DNA of 64,000 bases from the human T2T-CHM13v2.0 reference genome, Homo sapiens. Position numbers and translations under genes: made by a program. The stretch lies in the NCBI RefSeq assembly GCF_009914755.1, contig NC_060942.1. The stretch is one strand, 5' to 3'. This document shows positions 13,101-25,871 of the stretch, piece by piece. Each line of letters begins with the position of its first letter. The stretch's first letter is position 1. The notes beneath the pieces were generated by a model. The model searched no databases. It saw nothing but the letters and a program-made list of their open reading frames with translations, and was not told the DNA's origin.

Positions 13101-14455
13101 TCAGAACATTTCCCATCTGCCAGATTACCAAACAACAGTGATTGGGTTTTTAGGGGGTTTCCCATATTCAAAAGACCTGTATTAAATTCCAGTTTTAAGA
13201 TCTTAACAAAGATATAGCTTTCATTTTTTGCCCTCAAACATGATTTTAAATTTAAACCTTGTGATGAAATGTCATTAGGGGATTTTGGTAATCCTCATAT
13301 TAGTTTTTCAATCAGTAAATGATGTTTTTTCTTGAGTAATATTTCCCTAGTCATTTATTTTCATTCCTTTTCTGTTGGTCCAATAGGCCTTTTGTGAGCA
13401 TAATGAGTTTTGAAAGAAATGGAGTGATATATTAATTAACCAAGCTAATTATCTTGGAGAGCCTTGATTTTTAAACCCCAAGGTGTATACATTATTTCTG
13501 AAAATGTGTGTTGGGAGATCTTGATTGAGATGGTTTAGGCAGAGGGAAAGACAGCCAAGTAATACACAGCAGGATAAGCAAATTTTGGTTTTAGAAATTA
13601 GGGAAAGAGATTGTTGGGAATTTAATTGCTGGTGCTGTTTTGTTTCCCATATATAATTTCTAATATATTACAATTGCACACATAGTTTGTACACATTACA
13701 CAACATGTATCATATATCAAAAATCACCTTTCACCATAAGCTCAATGTCCTCATTGAAACTAACTCTCCAGTCTAGTACCTATTACAGATACCATTACGG
13801 GAGTAGCTCTGGTTTTTGATGCCATAAGTTGTAGCTACTTAAAAGCCAGTAGTTTAACTCCAATTTGAAGAACAAAATGAAGCAGAAAGGGCAGAGTAGC
13901 TAAGGTGAGATGTATGATGTTTTATTTCATCAGTAGCAAATTACACCGAATTCAGCTGAAAATGTCTTTCTCATATTTTCTTAATAGCACTTTCAATTGA
14001 AATAGACACATAGAAGAAAGATTCTTAAATGGCAACAACTATTGATCATGTTCTTTGCTTCCTGTCTAATGTACTAAGCAGTGAGTTAGTGCTTTGCAGC
14101 AGGTATGGCTCTGCCCTCCAGCAGCCTGTTTTCTATGAGACTTACTGAAGGTGTGTGAACACCGATGACATCATGGACATCAGGACAAAGGATAAATGGA
14201 TCTTGTGGGAAGGGAGAAGAAAAAAATTGGTAAATTACAGGAGACCAGAGAGCGAGTCTGGATGATGACATTTCCCAGCTCTTCAGGGCACAAGAATGGT
14301 ATATTGTTTTCACGTGTATTGAAGCTGCAGCAATCTCCTTCTGCAAGCCCTTGCTATGTGTTTGGACAGAGCTACTACCAGCAGCAGAGACACCAGCTTC
14401 CTTTAAGATCTTTCCAATGCAAGGGAGGGCAAAGCCAGGCTGTTTTGTTTTGTTT

Positions 14456-14515
14456 CTTCCTTCCTTCCTTCCTTCCTTCCTTCCTTCCTTCCTTCCTTCC
14501 TTCCTTCCTTCCTTC
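14456..14515. repeat. (TTCC)n / GGAA microsatellite, 14 perfect units
   Basis: 60 bp uninterrupted (CTTC)15. Confidence 0.98.
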
Positions 14516-16044
14516 TGTCCTTCCAGCTTTAATGAAGTATGATCTATGAACAAAAACTGTCTATATTTAAGAAGAAGAATGTGATATTTCTATTTATAGT
14601 TTGTTCTGGCCTCATTGTTTGAGGCCTATTGCAATGCTCTCTACTCTTTCAAATATTCTGCTGCAATGAATGGGATTCTCATAGGTTACATCCAAAAGAA
14701 CTCTTTTTCTCTTTACATTTTGCTTTGGATAGGAAAATAATACACATTTATAAAAGTTTAACCAATATCTAGTTTTAAAAGTAAAAAGTAAATGTTTTCC
14801 TTTGCTCGCCACCACCAATCATGCTCCACTGCCCAGAGTTGACCCTTGACAACCCTGGAGGGTGTTCTTCAGCATGGCACATGCATCCATGGGCATACTA
14901 ATCACATCGTGGTCTATGTGAGGGGCTCTCCCTGGTACCAGGCAGGGCTCAGCCTGCATTGCTAGGCATGAAAGCCTAGAATAACATTAACATCTGTGGA
15001 CCCAGTGGCGAGCTTTGGAGGCCTCAGTCTTAGTTCTGTCACCAACTTGCTTCATGTTAGGTGTGACGTTCAACTTCTCTATTTTTTTTTTCTGCTAATT
15101 GAGGCATTAGGAGAAGGCAACTTTTCATGTGTCTGAAGAAGACATTGGAAAAGAGGATTTCTAATGTCTTTCCAGCTCTAAAATTCATAGATGTGCTATG
15201 TATCTTTCTAGTAATTTGTTGCTTTGTAGCCACAGTCCATAAACCAGGCTGTTGACACACAGCTCTCCAGATTCCAGGATCAGACAAGAGAATTAATTTT
15301 TATTTATTATTTAGGTTCTGCCAAATTACTGTTTTCTGGTTGCAAATTAAACTACTATTGCAGAAGCATTTTCCTTTATAAGTGCCACTTTTTTTTTTCC
15401 CCACGGAAATCTATACTGTATTTTGCATGGCTATTTCCAGTACTTTTAGAATGTGTAGGGGAAAAAAAAAAACCTTTGCTAGGAGTATTTCAGCAAAGTT
15501 TTTATTTGGGCCATCAACTTTCTGTCAGCTTCCTGCAGGTAAACTGGAGAGAGAAGGTGAGATGTATTCTTTGGACATTTTTCCTTCCAGGGCCTTCTCT
15601 TCTGCTTTCAGCAGCCTTCCCACACACACGTGAAAATATGTAGGGGATGAGTATATTTTGGAAATGAGTTTTCCAGGCATGGTCAGGTCAAGCTGTGTGT
15701 TATTAAGTATATGATCCACATGGACGTATAAATGATAGCTTCGACTATAAGCTCAAGTGCATTTGAGATATTTTTGGGCAAAAGTGTCTCCACACAGTGG
15801 ACACTTGGTAAGACCAATATGTATTAATAGCCAGAGATCGTTCAGGACCGAGGATAGCCATTCATCAAAAACTATGTCTTCTGCTGGGTGTTAGTTGTGT
15901 ATTCTCTGCCCAGTGTGTATGGGGAAGAATATGTGTATCCACCCTCCCTGGAACTGCTCAGCGCTGGCTGCATACGCACAGGGTGAGCCCACCTGAAGAG
16001 TCACTCTGTGCTTCCATTTCATCTTGTCGATGAGTTCATTTTTG

Positions 16045-16434
16045 CAGTGGCTTATAACCAGAAGCCAGTTTTGCACTCCCAGCATGTATTTGGCAATGTA
16101 TGCAGACATTTTTGGTTGTCACACTGGGGAAGTCCTACCTGCCAAATAATAGATAAGGTACACACTTAAATTTGAATTTTCAATAAACAACAAATAATTT
16201 TTAGTATATCTCAAATATCGCATGGAACATATTTCTACTAAGAAATTAGTCATAGTTTATCTGAAATTCAAATTTAACTGGACGTCTTGGATTTTTATTG
16301 GCTCATTCTGACAATCTTATGTTAATAACGCAGTAGGTGGAGGCTATGGAGGTTGCTAAACATTTTACAGAGCACAGGTCAATAAAGATTTATCTGACCC
16401 AACCTGTCAATAGTGATGAGATTGAGAAATTCTG
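16045..16434 (+). mobile_element. MER20 (hAT-Charlie MITE) split by MER53
   Basis: 5' part cagtgg...atttggcaatgtatgcagacatttttggttgtcac; 3' part ttgctaaacattttaca...tgtcaatagtgatgagattgagaaattctg. Confidence 0.88.
16139..16318 (+). mobile_element. MER53 palindromic MITE
   Basis: inverted arms ttaaatttgaattttcaataaac / gtttatctgaaattcaaatttaa around caaatatcgcatggaacata. Confidence 0.88.
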
Positions 16435-16759
16435 AATTATTGTAATACTTTATATGGTAACATAGTACATAGTCATGCAAAAAGCAATATGGATTTCAGG
16501 AGAAAACTGATGGCACTTATAAAAAATTACTTCTATGGTAGGAGTTACATTTGCAACAAGGAAACAGAATAATTTAGCAGAAGCTAAATAATAACTTAAA
16601 AATCAATTATCTTGTTGGATCACTGAATCTTTGAAGCTGTGTGCACCTCCCTAGGTCCTCCATCATTTGATTTATTTTACAAGGACAGCGAGCCCCTTCT
16701 TTCATGAAAGTCTGGCATACAGTGTATATCTAATTGATTATTGTTGATTGATTCAATGA

Positions 16760-16980
16760 ATAAAAACAAACACTTTCTTGTATTGAGAAACTATTAAGTA
16801 CTAACCTTTCACACATATTGCTTCCAGTTCAAACAAGGAGAGTATTATACCAATTTTTCATATAGAGAGACTGAGACTTACATTACAATATGCCAGAAGT
16901 TATAGCACTAGTGCAGGGCAAAGGTGGGATTTGGGGAGAGGATGTTTCTTCCCTAAGGTTTCTATGCTTTCCCCGCCACA
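16760..16980 (-). mobile_element. MIR relic
   Basis: tattataccaatttttcatatagagagactgagactt...ggtgggatttg. Confidence 0.6.
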
Positions 16981-19900
16981 AACAGAAGACCCAGGCAGCA
17001 AAAGATCTGTAATAGGGGAAACATTCTTCCCTCTATGAGGATCCTGTATCAGATCTTCAGGTTGTTGGCTCTCCCACAAACATTTCTTCCATGAATGTAT
17101 TTCTGTTCTTTCCCCATTTCTCAGTAATGAAACAGTGACTGCATATCCCTTTGGAGGTAGGTGGATCTATTTCCAAAGCTCTACCTGCTGGGAGACATCC
17201 ACAACCTTCTCATGCTGCTTCTGTCAATCGTCTGGTGAGCACACCAGGATGGGCACAGAAGGGACAGCTGTTACAGTCTTGGGCTCCTGGGAAGCCTGGC
17301 AGAGGTTTACCCTGCCTACAGACACTCCAATTTAGTAGCAATCATTGAACATTTTTACCCTAATAAATTTAAAAATAAAGAAGTTTGCATCATTTATTTT
17401 AAATTTGTGGGTAGGATTTCACACTATAGTCATTTGTGTTTGCTGATGAGTGGAATGGCTTCCACCTTTTATGCTACTGTGCAGTCTGAAGAAACCCAGG
17501 TTGGCATCTGCTCTTGTCACATGGTGGAGTTCGCAGGTCTCCAAGGAGACTCATGGTCTCTTAGGATGAAGGAAAGAGAAGAAATGCAGCATCCTGAGTC
17601 CTGGGCAACAGTTTTGTGGCCAAGCATCATGGCCACTTGTCTCATTAGGCAAATATTAGTTATTCCTCATATCCATCTTTTTCCCCAGATCACTAAGTCA
17701 GAAATTGTTAGTTGTATTCATTATTACACTTCCCTCAGCATACTACACTCTCTTATACATAGCGAACATTGAGTGTATTAGCACTTGGAGTTTATACAGC
17801 CTATTTTGCAGAAGTTTGTCCCCTCCATTACCAAAAGTCTTATCATCTTCTTGCCTTTCACATCTATGTAAGGGTAGAACATCTTGTTACAGATTTTTTT
17901 TTGTGTGTGTATGTGTGTATAATATTATACACACTTTTAGGCTTCTACATTCATGTATGCTGTCATCTGGTTCTTAAACCAAAATTATAAAGTAATATTT
18001 CCATTTTGAAGATGAAGGAACAGAAACTTGGTGTATAAACAGGCACATCCCCAAGCTACAATAGTTTATAAGAGGCAGGATCAATTTGGAGCCTATCATC
18101 TCTTGACTTCTTCCCAAGGGATTTTTCTTCTCTGCTTTGTAGCTCATGAACACTTAGAAGGACCCTCAAATGTTGCTTCACCATTATGGATCTTAATATC
18201 TAAAATCAGACTGTGTGTTTTTTAAGCCAACAAGCATATAGCTAGGCACAAAAGAGAGATCCAATTTTATTTTCCTCTAATTTCTGGTTTTGCATCCTCT
18301 AACTGAAATATATAGTTTAAACAGATTCAAAGAAATTGTTTGACCAGAGGAAGTTGGTTTTAAAGTGAGAATAAGAGAACCAGAAGGAATTAAGAATTCA
18401 TACTTGCTTTTCTTTCTGAGATGAAGACAGGCTATCTGGGTCTTTGTCCTGCTTTGAGCATTGGTTGTCAGTGAAGGTTATCATCTTGCCATACTCAGAG
18501 TGGCTCATAGATTCAAAAACTGCCCTAGTTCAAGGGGACTGGGGGAAGGGAGCAGAATACTTGAGTTATTTACCAAGGACACTGGTCAAACTTTAATAGG
18601 AGTCATAATGCAACTGAGCACCACCTTATAATCAAGCAACTCTATTCTATTTGGGCATATCCCTGGATCTATTGGGGGTAGGGTGACTGGAAATATACTT
18701 AACCTGCTTATGCCATCATATGGGCACGCTGCTTTTCTACCAAATCTTTGGAAGGCGTCTTACAGTTGCATGGCTGGGAGAAGTGTCACAGACTGCACCA
18801 CTGGGACAGCTAATGTCAGACACAAATCTGTGTATCAGCTTTAAAGCTGCCAGTGTAGCGCTATGTGTCAACTATTCGAGTCCACAAATTCTTGGCATAA
18901 ATGCCAATAAGTCAAAATCAAATCTGCGTTATGAGGCGCACAGATTGCCTGCCTGGTAGAGCACACATGCTCATTCAGTTATGTGTGAATAAGAAGCCAC
19001 TTGATCTATTAATTATGCTTCAGAATCAACGTGAAGCTCTAGGTAAGTGGCTGGTAGCAGATGAATAGATGGCTCATAGAGTGAAGTATAGTAATTGTCT
19101 TGAGGTTCTTGATGTGCAATTTAGTAAACTGAAATATGGTATTTTTCAGCCTAATAACAGAAAATCCTCTATCTGTGCCGAAGGGTGGCAGTTGCATGAG
19201 TCACTCTCATGTTCAGTAAAACAAAAAGGCAACTCAACCAATTAGAAAGCTTGGATGATACATTGCCACATGCTAATGCTATTAATAGGATGACTGCACA
19301 TAAGCTGTGACTGAAACTGTATAGTGAAGTCTTCTAATGGCAGTTACCGATAGTGAGAAAGGGTAGTATATGTGTAAACCCAATTCATATTTACTTTATG
19401 TACAATGCAAGTTGATGGAAGAAGAAAAACTTAGTTCTAATGGGCAGTGCATTTTATTTAAGGCACTATCATTCCTCACTAATATCAGGGGCTTAAGAAT
19501 GTGTGTGTGTGTAGGTGAGGGGAAAACTTGTTGCAATACTCCTGCTGCTAATGCCTTTGTCTGTGATCCCATGCTCCACTTATGGGTGGTACATTATTTA
19601 CTTTGGTGTGTTCCTGTCTACTCAAAAAATGCAGTGAAGTTCATTTTGGTTTATAGAAAGAAAGACCAAGAAAATAAAATATGGAAAGACCATAAAGTTG
19701 ACTTCCATCTTCCACTTTTTTTCAGGATTGGAATCGAACTATGCAATACCAATAGCATCCTGTTTCTGGCAAAAAGGAGGAAGAATATAATGTTATGTCC
19801 CTTTAGGATCTTCTTCCAATCTTATACAGATGTTATTTTTCTTTGCAATGGAAGCTGTTTACCTTTCATTCATTCCTCTGTGGTGAAGCCAGGGCCAGTA

Positions 19901-20250
19901 CTAGGCTAATCTGAGAAGTGATGAAATTAGACTTTCCCCTCTGTTCTTCTTTGGAATGTCCATCAGGGCTTTCACTGTGGGATGAGATATGTTGCAGGCA
20001 CTGACCACAGGTACACTCCCAATATCTGTGTGATCATGGTTCAGTCATTTTCATTCTAAACCTAAATATCCTTAACTATGAAATGAAAGAATGACATGCC
20101 CATTCATAACAGAGGGTTATTGTATCAATGATTTCTGACTTGGACCATACGGAATCTCATGGAATGTAGAGGGGACGATGCAGATATAGTTTGAAGAAAG
20201 CACATCAGATGGTTCTAACATGTACTTCCTCATCCTCGAATGACCTGAGT

Positions 20251-20746
20251 CAGTGGTTCTCACAGTGTGGGACCAATGGGAGCTTGTAAAAATGCAAATC
20301 TTGAATCAGAAACTCTGAGGGTGAGACCTAGCAATCCATATTTTAATCTCTATATTATTTATATTTTCATGAATAATCACAACAAAGTTTGAGGACCACT
20401 GGCCTGGATGTGGATCCAAGAATGTGGTCACCTAACCACCTGCATCAGTATCACCAGGAGCTTATTACAGATGAAAATTCCTGGAACAAAACCAAGCCCT
20501 GCTAAATCATAATATCTGGGACTAAAGCCCAGGGATCAATGTTTTGACAAACTTCAGGAAATTCTAAAACCTGTTCATACTTACAACACAAAGTTAGTCT
20601 AGAACCACTGTTCCAGAAAAGTGATTGTTAAAACTAAGTGCACATTAAAATCGCGTGTGAGAGTTTTTAAACAATACCAATATCTGGGCTCCAACCACAG
20701 GCCAATTACCTAGATTCTAATTTCCAGTCAGGATTAAAAATTACTA
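20251..20746. mobile_element. three adjacent MER5-family MITEs (MER5A/MER5B)
   Basis: cagtggttctcacagtgtgg...aaagtttgaggaccactg (20251-20401); second copy ending agaaccactg (~20410-20610); third, opposite-end-first copy ~20619-20746. Confidence 0.8.
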
Positions 20747-21140
20747 GACTAGATTATTTTTAAGACCCCTTTCAGATTCAGGTTCCATGATTTTTGCAAT
20801 TTTGTGTTGTTTCCTAAATGCGTATTTTAATTCTCAATTCATAGCATGCTTTTCAATCCACACCATAGTTGATTTGTACCACACAGTACCCTACCTACTG
20901 GTAAATTCACGATAGGCTGGTAAATTGTCATCGGCTAAATCCAGCACCATTTACAATACTATGAGCTAAAAACAACAGGTGCAGCCTGAGAAGCTCATCT
21001 CTAAAGCCATACCTTCAGAAAACTTGGTCCAAATAGATCTCAACTCCTATACCCAAGGCATCCTCGTCTTTCTATTGCTGTGTTGAATGACACTAGCCTT
21101 CAGGTTTCATTTACTTGAATACTATTTGCAACAGAATTAG

Positions 21141-21457
21141 GATGATGATTATTATTATTATTATTGAGACAGGGTCTCACTCTGTTGCCCAGGCTGGAGT
21201 GCAGAAGTGTGATCATAGCTCACTACAGCCTTGAACTCCTGGGCTCAAGGGATTCTCCCACCTTGGCTTCCAAGTAGCTAGGACCACACGTGTGCTCTAC
21301 CATACCTGGCTAATTTTTTAAAGTGGTTTTTTTTTTTGTAGAGGTGGAGGTCTTGCTACAGTGCCTGGCCTGGTTTCCAACTCCTGGTCTCAGGTGATCC
21401 TCCTGCCTTGGCCTCCCAAATCGCTGAGATTACAGGTGTGAGCCACCACACCTAGCC
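21141..21457 (-). mobile_element. AluJ with (ATT)n tail
   Basis: gagacagggtctcactctg, gatcatagctcactacagccttgaactcctgggctcaag (J diagnostics). Confidence 0.95.
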
Positions 21458-22731
21458 TCAGATTTGTAATTATTTTCCTTGCTGCTTCCAATGTTTTTAA
21501 AAGCATAAGTCAGTGGGCAGCAGGTTTTGGAGGTCAGACCCTTAGGAGTTATTTCCTGCAGCTTCCAGAGCCCCATCCTAATAATGAACACCTGTACTAG
21601 GCTTAGTCAAATTGATACTGTTTGCCAGTAAACTCTGGTTTTCAAGGAAACTGAAACCAGAGGAGCCCTAATAATACATGTTTTTAACCTGAGGTTTGGG
21701 CTTGAGCCAATGGCATCAGAGAGCAGCTCAAATGAGCTGTTGCAAGGAAGGTTTATCTGAAAAATAGTTAATGAAAGACTTTGAGAGCTGCAGGGATGTC
21801 TGACAGATTGGCAACTCACTTTGAGAAAGAGACTATTTCCCGTTCCAAGTCCCAGACACACAGCCTGCGGGTAAGTCATCAGAAGTAAAATAAACGGGGA
21901 AATGGGAGAGGGGAAAAACAGTACCCTGTAACATCTATCAACTGTACAAGCCAAAGCTACTGATGAAGTTAAATAGACAACAATCCTTTGTGTTTATTTT
22001 CTGTTCAGTGAAGTTGCTAACCTGAGCTTTCAGAGGACTAACACCACAATTAAAGGCAAGCAGATTCAGGGGAACACAGTGAAAGGTAGATCAAGAGTAT
22101 TTTTATGTTTAGATTGAAATTTACTATTGGCTAGGAAAGGAGGTGTTTATTGTGTCTAAAGACAATAATACTATTATCCACCCAGCAATTATGGTCACAA
22201 GACCACTCAAACAAGTAGTGGGTTGTTTTGGTTGGAGAGAAAAAACCAAGGCTCTGTTTGCGGTATTGCTCGGTATGTGGGTTTGGTTTTTTTTGTAGTT
22301 TAGTGGGCTGTGGGCTTTTGCAGCCACCCTCAAAAGGATGAAGAGACTTTTAAACAGCTTCGGGGTTGGTAACAGGAGTCCCTTGGTCCCTTCAGGGAAA
22401 CCAAAGATACTCAGGCCAATAATTTAATCAGGAGAAGATTTATCAGTTGGAGTGACACAGTTTTAAAGGTGCAAACTCTCTGTGTGATTCTAAGCAGATA
22501 TGAAGTCCAGCTGAGAAGCCAGTCAAACTGATACTTCTCGGGTTTCTCTACCCAGCTATTCTGAGCCTGAGATCTGCCTTCTTCTTACTCTGGCAAATCA
22601 GAACCAATGTTATTCTCCCAGATTTGGGGCATCACATCTATTACGGGTCATGGCTCCTCCTGAAGTCAAAGGCCCTTCATTTCCATCTTCTACATGGATT
22701 CCTGCCTGGTTATCTACTCTTCCATTTAATG

Positions 22732-22780
22732 CAACCTATTCTACAATCCAGAGCTCAACCTATTCCACAACCCAGAGCTC
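22732..22780. repeat. 24-bp tandem duplication
   Basis: caacctattctacaatccagagct / caacctattccacaacccagagct, 2 mismatches. Confidence 0.9.
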
Positions 22781-23754
22781 TCTGGCCTCTCACAGAATAG
22801 GTAAGATTTCTAAACCTTTCCACAGATTCACATAAGTCAGGATATACCTTTAGATAGAAAACGTTAAGCCTCAGGCCACCCTCCCTGCTGAGTTCTAGTC
22901 AGAACTCAGAGGCCAGCTTTCAGTGTATTCTGAGGAAGGAAAAGGGAAACAGACTATCAAATGCAAACACTAATACTGACGCTGATGGGTTGTATGATTC
23001 CAGGCAAACTGTAAATCTTTCCTGGGGTTCTCTATGTATTTCCCGTTAAAGCAGAAAAGAAAATAAATGCCTCCCTATTCTGCATGTTATTTGGGCAATA
23101 AAGTGCTACTGATTTGTGAACTTCAATAATAATAAAATAACACTGGAAAAACCTGCACCACACCCCCCCCCCACCCCGCCCTGAAAAGACTTCAAACATT
23201 TGATGAAGCTTCAAGCAAATTAGAAAAATAAAAAAATCAACAATTTGAGCTCCTCCTAATTTTCCTGACAATCAATTTTCTCATAGGATGCTTATTTTCA
23301 GCTTTACAATCTGCCAACTAGCTCCTCCAAACCTCATTTGTGACCCCTTTATGGGGGAAACCTAGAGGTTAATTAACAGATGACTGTTAGTTCCTGAAAG
23401 TCGCCCTGTGATTTAGTCCCGAGGTGGCCTGAGCATCTCCATCCCTTGTTAGGAAAAGGCTCTCTGGTTCAATATTAATTTCTGTAGCTTTTACAACTCT
23501 CACTGGGATTAACATTTAATCAACAGAGCAGGTTCCTTTTTATATCATTATAGAAAAGTTTCAATAAAATAGAATGGTGCATTATACTGTAATGAATGAC
23601 AAACACTGGTAAATTTTCATTTAAAATCAGTAAGTTGAACCTAGAGTTGATTCATAACGGATGGGTCATCTCAATTTAATGAATAGTAACTAAACTAAAA
23701 ACACATTAAACAAATGCCTGGAATGAAAAGGGAGACATAGTTATTGCCCCACGA

Positions 23755-23880
23755 GGCTGTGTGATCCTCTAAGAGAGGGCATATGTTTTCTTAATTTTTC
23801 CTTAGCTGATGCTTAGAGCAATACCAAGCATATAGTGGGTACTCAACAAATGCTTTCCAGACTGAATATATTAATAAATG
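23755..23880 (+). mobile_element. L2 3' end
   Basis: agcatatagtgggtactcaacaaatgcttt...tgaat terminal motif. Confidence 0.7.
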
Positions 23881-24016
23881 TTTCTGTGTATAGAAAGGTA
23901 TTTTCCTTTAGAAAAAATGTTACTGCATTTTGCTAATTGCGGCCACCTCTCAATGAATGGGGATGATCACAAGGGATTATGTATACTACATCTTTTTCTT
24001 TTATAAATGTTTATAG

Positions 24017-24197
24017 TAGTGATTCTCAAACTTGTGCTTGCATCAAAATTACGTGGGGAGCATGTAAAACAGTGATTTCTGGGCCCCACTACTAGAATTT
24101 CTGATTTAATATTCTGGGGAAGAGCTCCCAAAACGCATACTTCTAAATTCCTGGGAGATCTGATGCTGCATTCTGGAGATCATATTGAGAATCACTC
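24017..24197 (-). mobile_element. MER5A
   Basis: tagtgattctcaaactt...gcatcaaaattac...ctgggcccca...ttgagaatcact. Confidence 0.85.
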
Positions 24198-25732
24198 GCT
24201 TATAGCATCTATCTGTATGGCATTGGTGGCAATTTCCATTTATTCATGTACAGGTGAAATCTTCCCTAGAGCAGGTCCTCACACACAGAAAATACCTGGG
24301 GAGCATTCGCTGACTGCACAGATAATTCCACCCTCATTGTGGGGAATGTAACACTATTGCTGCTATATGCATAAATGGCTTTCATTCCTAGGGTCCCATC
24401 AGCTATGAAAGGAAGCATAACAGTATTGCTGTTGGCCTTTTCTTTCATGTGATAAATTGCCATTAGAGTGCTACCCTAGGCATATATCAATTTCCTTGGG
24501 GATCTAACTTTGACTCTTCCGAATCTGCCCACAGTTGCTATAGCTGTGTGTATGACTCTTTGGCCCTTTCACACAGGGTGGCTGTCACTGGAGTAATAAT
24601 AGGAGCCATTGCCATTAGAGTCTGCCAGTGGTATTGACTCTGTGACTCTACCTTTGAGTTTGTATAATATTTTATTCCAATTAAGCCTCTCCATCTGTAT
24701 TTGTTTTCATCTAGCAAACTGTTAATTGTAGGTGGCTCTGGATATATCTGATGGTGCTGGCCACGGAATATCTGTCCATCTCATGTAAAAAATGTAGGAA
24801 AATATTTTATTAGGAAAAGAATGGCCACAGTGGTCATGCATTTTGATTGGGGTGTTTGATTTGTTTGCTTTTAAGTAATAGGGCTGGGCTTCAAGGCCTC
24901 ATCAACAGCTCCTCACCTTGTTTCCTTTCTGAGCAGTAGCACCAATTGCTATTTAACTCTTTAACTTAGGGATACATATATTGGGGTAATGCTTTAACTT
25001 TGACGGTACATACATTGGTAATAGAATAGGATAGAGCTAATTTACTGATCCAGTTTTGTGGGTGGAGGATTTCACAACTTTGGTCCCATTACCAACATTT
25101 TCTTAGCAAATGTTTTAAAGTTATGTTAAATAAGCCTGATAGTTGGATATTTTCATTCAGATATCTTAGAGCCTAATACACCTACACATCTTTTCTCTCC
25201 TTTCAAATTTTGATGCATTCTTCAAGGAAAAGTTCATTCCACTCTCATCTGTGGGTTTTTTCCCAACATGAACTCTTAGGTGTTACTAACTTGATCATTC
25301 TTCTGGCACTCTATTACATACCATTTTGTGACATCCTTTGTATTGTAACTTTTTATGCGTATAAACTTTGTCTCCTCAATTAGATTGCACACTTTTTCAA
25401 TCATCTCTCATTTTACTACATGATTATTCAACATCCACTATGCATAGTGCACCAAAATTGATGCTGGAAGAATACAGAGAGGCAACATATATGGTCTTAT
25501 ATCTAGGCTCTTAAAGAATTTATGATTTAGCATTAAGGCCAAGCTGTGCACATACATACACGTGCCATAAAACAGCAACTTTCACTCACAGTAGCACATG
25601 AGTTAGGAGTGATATAAATAGGATCCATATAAGTCTGTTTTTCCACTGGGCTTACATATTGTTTTATAGACATAGTCATGGAGTGCCCATTTATTTTCTT
25701 CATATGTACATAAGGGATGTCCTTTTCTAATT

Positions 25733-25871
25733 AGGTTCGGTGTATACCGCTCAGGAGATGGGTGCACCAAAATCTCACAAATCACCACTAAAGAACTTAC
25801 TCATGTAACCAAATACTACCCATTCCTCAAAAACCTATGGAAATAAATAAATAAATAAACAAATAAATAAA
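25733..25871 (+). mobile_element. L1PB-type 3' end (heavily 5'-truncated)
   Basis: gatgggtgcaccaaaatctcacaaatcaccactaaagaacttactcatgtaacc followed by (TAAA)n tail. Confidence 0.9.

Noticed and set aside
14086-14553. 155-aa ORF with RKEG repeats
   Set aside because: The repeat is the translation of the GGAA microsatellite.
19370-19909. 179-aa ORF, the longest non-repeat ORF
   Set aside because: No recognisable domain, runs through a (TG)n tract, and has the composition of random AT-rich DNA.
19020-21876. Strong donors TAG|gtaagt (19043) and CGG|gtaagt (21871)
   Set aside because: No convincing paired acceptor or coding frame; such sites are expected by chance.
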